Notes under the pieces: model-generated
What the model saw: only the letters and a program-made list of their open reading frames with translations
Databases searched by the model: none
What the model was told of the DNA's origin: nothing
In this document: one piece after another, positions 24,423 to 27,172 of the stretch
Layout: each line of letters begins with the position of its first letter
Position numbering within the stretch: the stretch's first letter is position 1
NCBI GenBank assembly: GCA_965650865.1
Contig: CBFGQF010000001.1
Span: 1 to 27,172, forward strand
DNA length: 27,172 nt
Direction: 5' to 3'
Source of the DNA: an uncultured Alphaproteobacteria bacterium
Lineage (GTDB): Bacteria; Pseudomonadota; Alphaproteobacteria; Micavibrionales; Micavibrionaceae
Translations under genes and position numbers: made by a program

Positions 24423-25529
24423 ATGACAACGCCTGTCACCGGATTGCAGACCTCGATCTGGAACAACAATCTCCGCTCCCTGCTGGTGCTCGCGGCCTAT
24501 CCGTTTATTCTCGGCGCGGTCGTCTGGCTCTGCGCATCGGCGTTCGGTTATTTCGCATTAAGCCATACAGCGCAGCAAGCGCCGGCCGCGGCATCGCTTC
24601 ATTTCGGCGCGGGGATTGTGCAGCAATACTGGCCGATGATCCTGGGGGTTGTCGCCCTCTGGTTTGTGGTTGCCTACTTTTTTCAGGGCGCAATGATCCG
24701 CTCCCTCTCGCGCTCCCACCCCGTAACGCGGAAAGAAGAGCCGGAGCTTTACAACCTCCTTGAGAATCTTTGTATCGCGCAGGGCATGACCATGCCACGG
24801 CTCGAAATCATCGAAACCCATGCGCGCAATGCCTTTGCCAGCGGCATCGATAAAAACAGCTATTGCGTCACGGTCACGCGCGGACTGATGCAATCCCTGA
24901 CCAAGGACGAACTGGAAGGCGTTCTGGCGCACGAGCTTGCCCACATCATCAACCGCGATGTCCGCCTTTTGATGGTCTGCGTGATTTTTACAGGCATGCT
25001 GGCGATCGCCGCGCAGCTTGTCTGGAGCAATATCCGCTATGGTCTTTATATCCCGAGCGGCGGCAACAATCGGGGCCGCGGCAACGGATTTTTGCTGCTG
25101 TTGATTATCGGCATGATTGTCGGGATCGGCTATCTCGCCTCCCTGCTCGCCCGCTTTTTCATCTCGCGCCGCCGTGAATATATGGCCGATGCCGGCGCCG
25201 TGCAGATGACACGCAATCCGGATGCGATGATGCGCGCTTTGCTGCGCATATCGGGCATGGCGGATGTGCCGAAGATGCCCGATGACGTTCGCGCCATGTG
25301 TTTCGAAAACCGCCACGCGTTTTTGGGGCTGTTCGCCACCCACCCGCCAATTGAATCCCGCGTGAAGGCAATATCCGATTATTCAGGCCTGCCCGTACCA
25401 TCGGTACTTCCCAAACAGCGGGCGGACAGCACCGATGTTTTTGCACGCCCCCGCGAGCCGGGCCATCGCGACAATTGGATCACGCGTCAGAGATTTGCAG
25501 AACGCCGCAACAAAAACCCGTGGGGATAA
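24423..25529 (+). CDS. htpX: HtpX-like M48 family zinc metalloprotease
   Basis: HELAH zincin motif, NAFASG, SRRREYMADAGAV, FATHPPIESR, several TMs. Usual lemA-htpX pairing. Confidence 0.9.
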   Translation: MTTPVTGLQTSIWNNNLRSLLVLAAYPFILGAVVWLCASAFGYFALSHTAQQAPAAASLHFGAGIVQQYWPMILGVVALWFVVAYFFQGAMIRSLSRSHPVTRKEEPELYNLLENLCIAQGMTMPRLEIIETHARNAFASGIDKNSYCVTVTRGLMQSLTKDELEGVLAHELAHIINRDVRLLMVCVIFTGMLAIAAQLVWSNIRYGLYIPSGGNNRGRGNGFLLLLIIGMIVGIGYLASLLARFFISRRREYMADAGAVQMTRNPDAMMRALLRISGMADVPKMPDDVRAMCFENRHAFLGLFATHPPIESRVKAISDYSGLPVPSVLPKQRADSTDVFARPREPGHRDNWITRQRFAERRNKNPWG

Positions 25530-25785
25530 TTCAATCTTTGCGGAATTTTCGGGCCGTCCCCACAATCCGCCAGCTTTGGGCGTCGCGGCGGAGGACAAAT
25601 CCGTTTGGATAGGGCTTGAGGGTAATTTTCATCACGGCCCCCTTGGCGTTGACGCGTTAACGGGAATGCGTCCGGCCGAGGCAAGGCTCGCGGTCATGGA
25701 AGGGGTTTGGACGGCGGCACGGCCAAAAGCGCCGCGTGCTTTCTTGTTCATTTTTTGCTCCCTGGTTCAACTGCTTATTTTTTTC

Positions 25786-25801
25786 TTAAGCTTGAGTTAA
25801 C
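25786..25801 (+). promoter_or_regulatory. CtrA-binding box
   Basis: TTAAGCTTGAGTTAAC is an exact TTAA-N7-TTAAC, in an intergenic region. Confidence 0.6.
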
Positions 25802-25886
25802 CATACCACGAATGTCGCATTTTAGCCATAAAAATCGGACAAGAATGCGCTTGGCGATCCCGATTTCCTTCTGGTCCGGTTTGGCT

Positions 25887-25916
25887 TTGAAATCGGGGCA
25901 AATCGCTTTATATACA
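25887..25916 (+). promoter_or_regulatory. Putative sigma-70/sigma-32-type promoter for the BI-1/YccA gene
   Basis: TTGAAA-N16-TATATA (or N18-TATACA), about 40 bp upstream of ATG 25957, which has an AAGGAG RBS. Confidence 0.35.
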
Positions 25917-25956
25917 TGGATACAAACTTGTTCTAACCCCAAGGAGAAAACGAACA

Positions 25957-26685
25957 ATGTCCTATGATCAATTCAACGCGCAGCAAACCGTGAGCCGCGG
26001 TTCAGCCGTTAGCTATGATGAGGGCCTGCGCGCCCACATGCAGCGCGTCTATAACCGCATGACGGCCGGTGTCCTTGTCACCGGTATCGTGTCGTGGTTT
26101 GTCGGTAACAGCCCGGCGCTCCTGTCGTTCTTCTTTTCCGGCCCCCAGAAATGGATCGTCATGCTGGCGCCACTTGCCGTCGTCATGTTCGGCTTCCGTC
26201 CTGACCGCATGAGCCCCGCGCAACTGCAACTGAGCTTCATTGTGCTCTCCGTTCTGTACGGAATCAGTTTCGGCACAATCTTCGCGGTCTTTACGGATGC
26301 GAGTATCGCGCAGGTGTTCTTTATGGCCACCGCCTTGTTTGCGGGTCTTAGCATCTTCGGCTATGTGACGAAGAAAAACCTGAGCGGTATGGGCACATTC
26401 CTTGTCATGGCCATGATCGGCCTTCTGGTCGTATCGCTCGGCACGGCGGGCGCGGCGGCTTTCGGTATGAATGTTTCGGGGCTTCAGCCTATCATCGCGG
26501 GTGCGGGCCTTCTGATTTTCTCCGGCCTCACCGCCTATGAAACACAACAGACCAAGGAAATGTATCATGCCTCGCACGGCGATGATGCCAATTCCCGCAT
26601 GGCATGGGCCGCGGCGCTGAACCTGTATGTCAGCTTCATTGCCATCTTCCAATACCTGCTCCAGTTCATGGGGCAGCGCGAATAG
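25957..26685 (+). CDS. Bax inhibitor-1/YccA family membrane protein
   Basis: DEGLRAHMQRVYNRM, about 7 TM helices, TKKNLSGMGTFL, LTAYETQQTKEMY, AALNLYVSFIAIFQYLLQFMG. Confidence 0.92.
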   Translation: MSYDQFNAQQTVSRGSAVSYDEGLRAHMQRVYNRMTAGVLVTGIVSWFVGNSPALLSFFFSGPQKWIVMLAPLAVVMFGFRPDRMSPAQLQLSFIVLSVLYGISFGTIFAVFTDASIAQVFFMATALFAGLSIFGYVTKKNLSGMGTFLVMAMIGLLVVSLGTAGAAAFGMNVSGLQPIIAGAGLLIFSGLTAYETQQTKEMYHASHGDDANSRMAWAAALNLYVSFIAIFQYLLQFMGQRE

Positions 26686-26732
26686 ATGGCAAAAACCGCT
26701 TCTGCGGCGCACAACCATAATCAATTATTGTG

Positions 26733-26768
26733 TTAAAACCCCGGACCTTATGGTTTCCGGGGTTTTAA
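26733..26768. terminator. Intrinsic terminator hairpin after the BI-1/YccA gene
   Basis: 13-bp perfect inverted repeat TTAAAACCCCGGA / TCCGGGGTTTTAA with A and T tracts on each side, 47 bp after the stop. Confidence 0.8.
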
Positions 26769-26869
26769 CCTTTTGGATATACATTTGTATTAAATTTGAA
26801 ATACTTCGTGCGAAATAGAAAATAAAATCATAAGTTGTATAAATATTCGCCGTGAACAGGGGCCTAAAA

Positions 26870-27172
26870 ATGGGGATAGATGGCAAACAACGCATAGTCA
26901 TTATCGATGATACGAAATCACTGGCGGAAATGTACGTCCATTCCCTTTCCCTTCTGGGTTATGATACAGCGATGGCCCACTCCGGTCAGGAACTGCTCGA
27001 CCATCTTTCAGGCGGGCCGCAGCCTGATCTCCTAGTCCTTGATATCAAGCTCCCCGATATAGACGGCATAGAATTGCTGGCCCGCCTGAAACAGGGCGGG
27101 TTCGATGCGCCCGTTATCGTAGTCACCGGCAACGGGTCCATCCATGTGGCAGTAGAGGCTATGCGGCAGGGC
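26870..27172 (+). CDS. Response regulator receiver domain (NtrC/LuxO-like), truncated at the right edge
   Basis: Translated by hand: MGIDGKQRIVIIDDTKSLAEMY...PDLLVLDIKLPDIDGIELL...PVIVVTGNGSIHVAVEAMRQG, with the DD pair, phospho-Asp and Thr motifs. Confidence 0.88.
   Translation, partial: MGIDGKQRIVIIDDTKSLAEMYVHSLSLLGYDTAMAHSGQELLDHLSGGPQPDLLVLDIKLPDIDGIELLARLKQGGFDAPVIVVTGNGSIHVAVEAMRQG

Overview
This window (about 55-60% GC by eye) looks like chromosomal DNA from an alphaproteobacterium, based on a perfect CtrA box, a sigma-54 promoter on flgK and an alpha-type flgK-flgL pair. A Micavibrio-like predatory lineage is plausible but is inference only. Most of the window is a Dot/Icm (type IVB, IncI-Tra-like) secretion locus in two minus-strand blocks: icmL-icmK-icmE-icmG-icmD-like-icmJ-icmB (truncated at the left edge), and dsbG-like, hypothetical, lytic transglycosylase, dotD-dotC-dotB-icmT, TcpQ/PilL-like. 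Between the blocks, on the plus strand, lie an array of three paralogous Sec-exported proteins and then flgK-flgL. The paralogues share a roughly 350-aa C-terminal domain that resembles IcmX/TraW by motif pattern. Their N-termini are unrelated: a Gln/Gly-rich helical region, a tiny Cys cluster, and a 12-Cys lysozyme-like domain. A small exported protein is translationally coupled upstream of the lysozyme-bearing copy. This array is the best candidate for an undescribed system: modular T4BSS tip or carrier proteins with swappable payloads and a possible immunity gene. The right end is housekeeping: lemA, htpX-like protease, a BI-1/YccA protein and a partial response regulator. All family calls are from motif recognition, not database searches.
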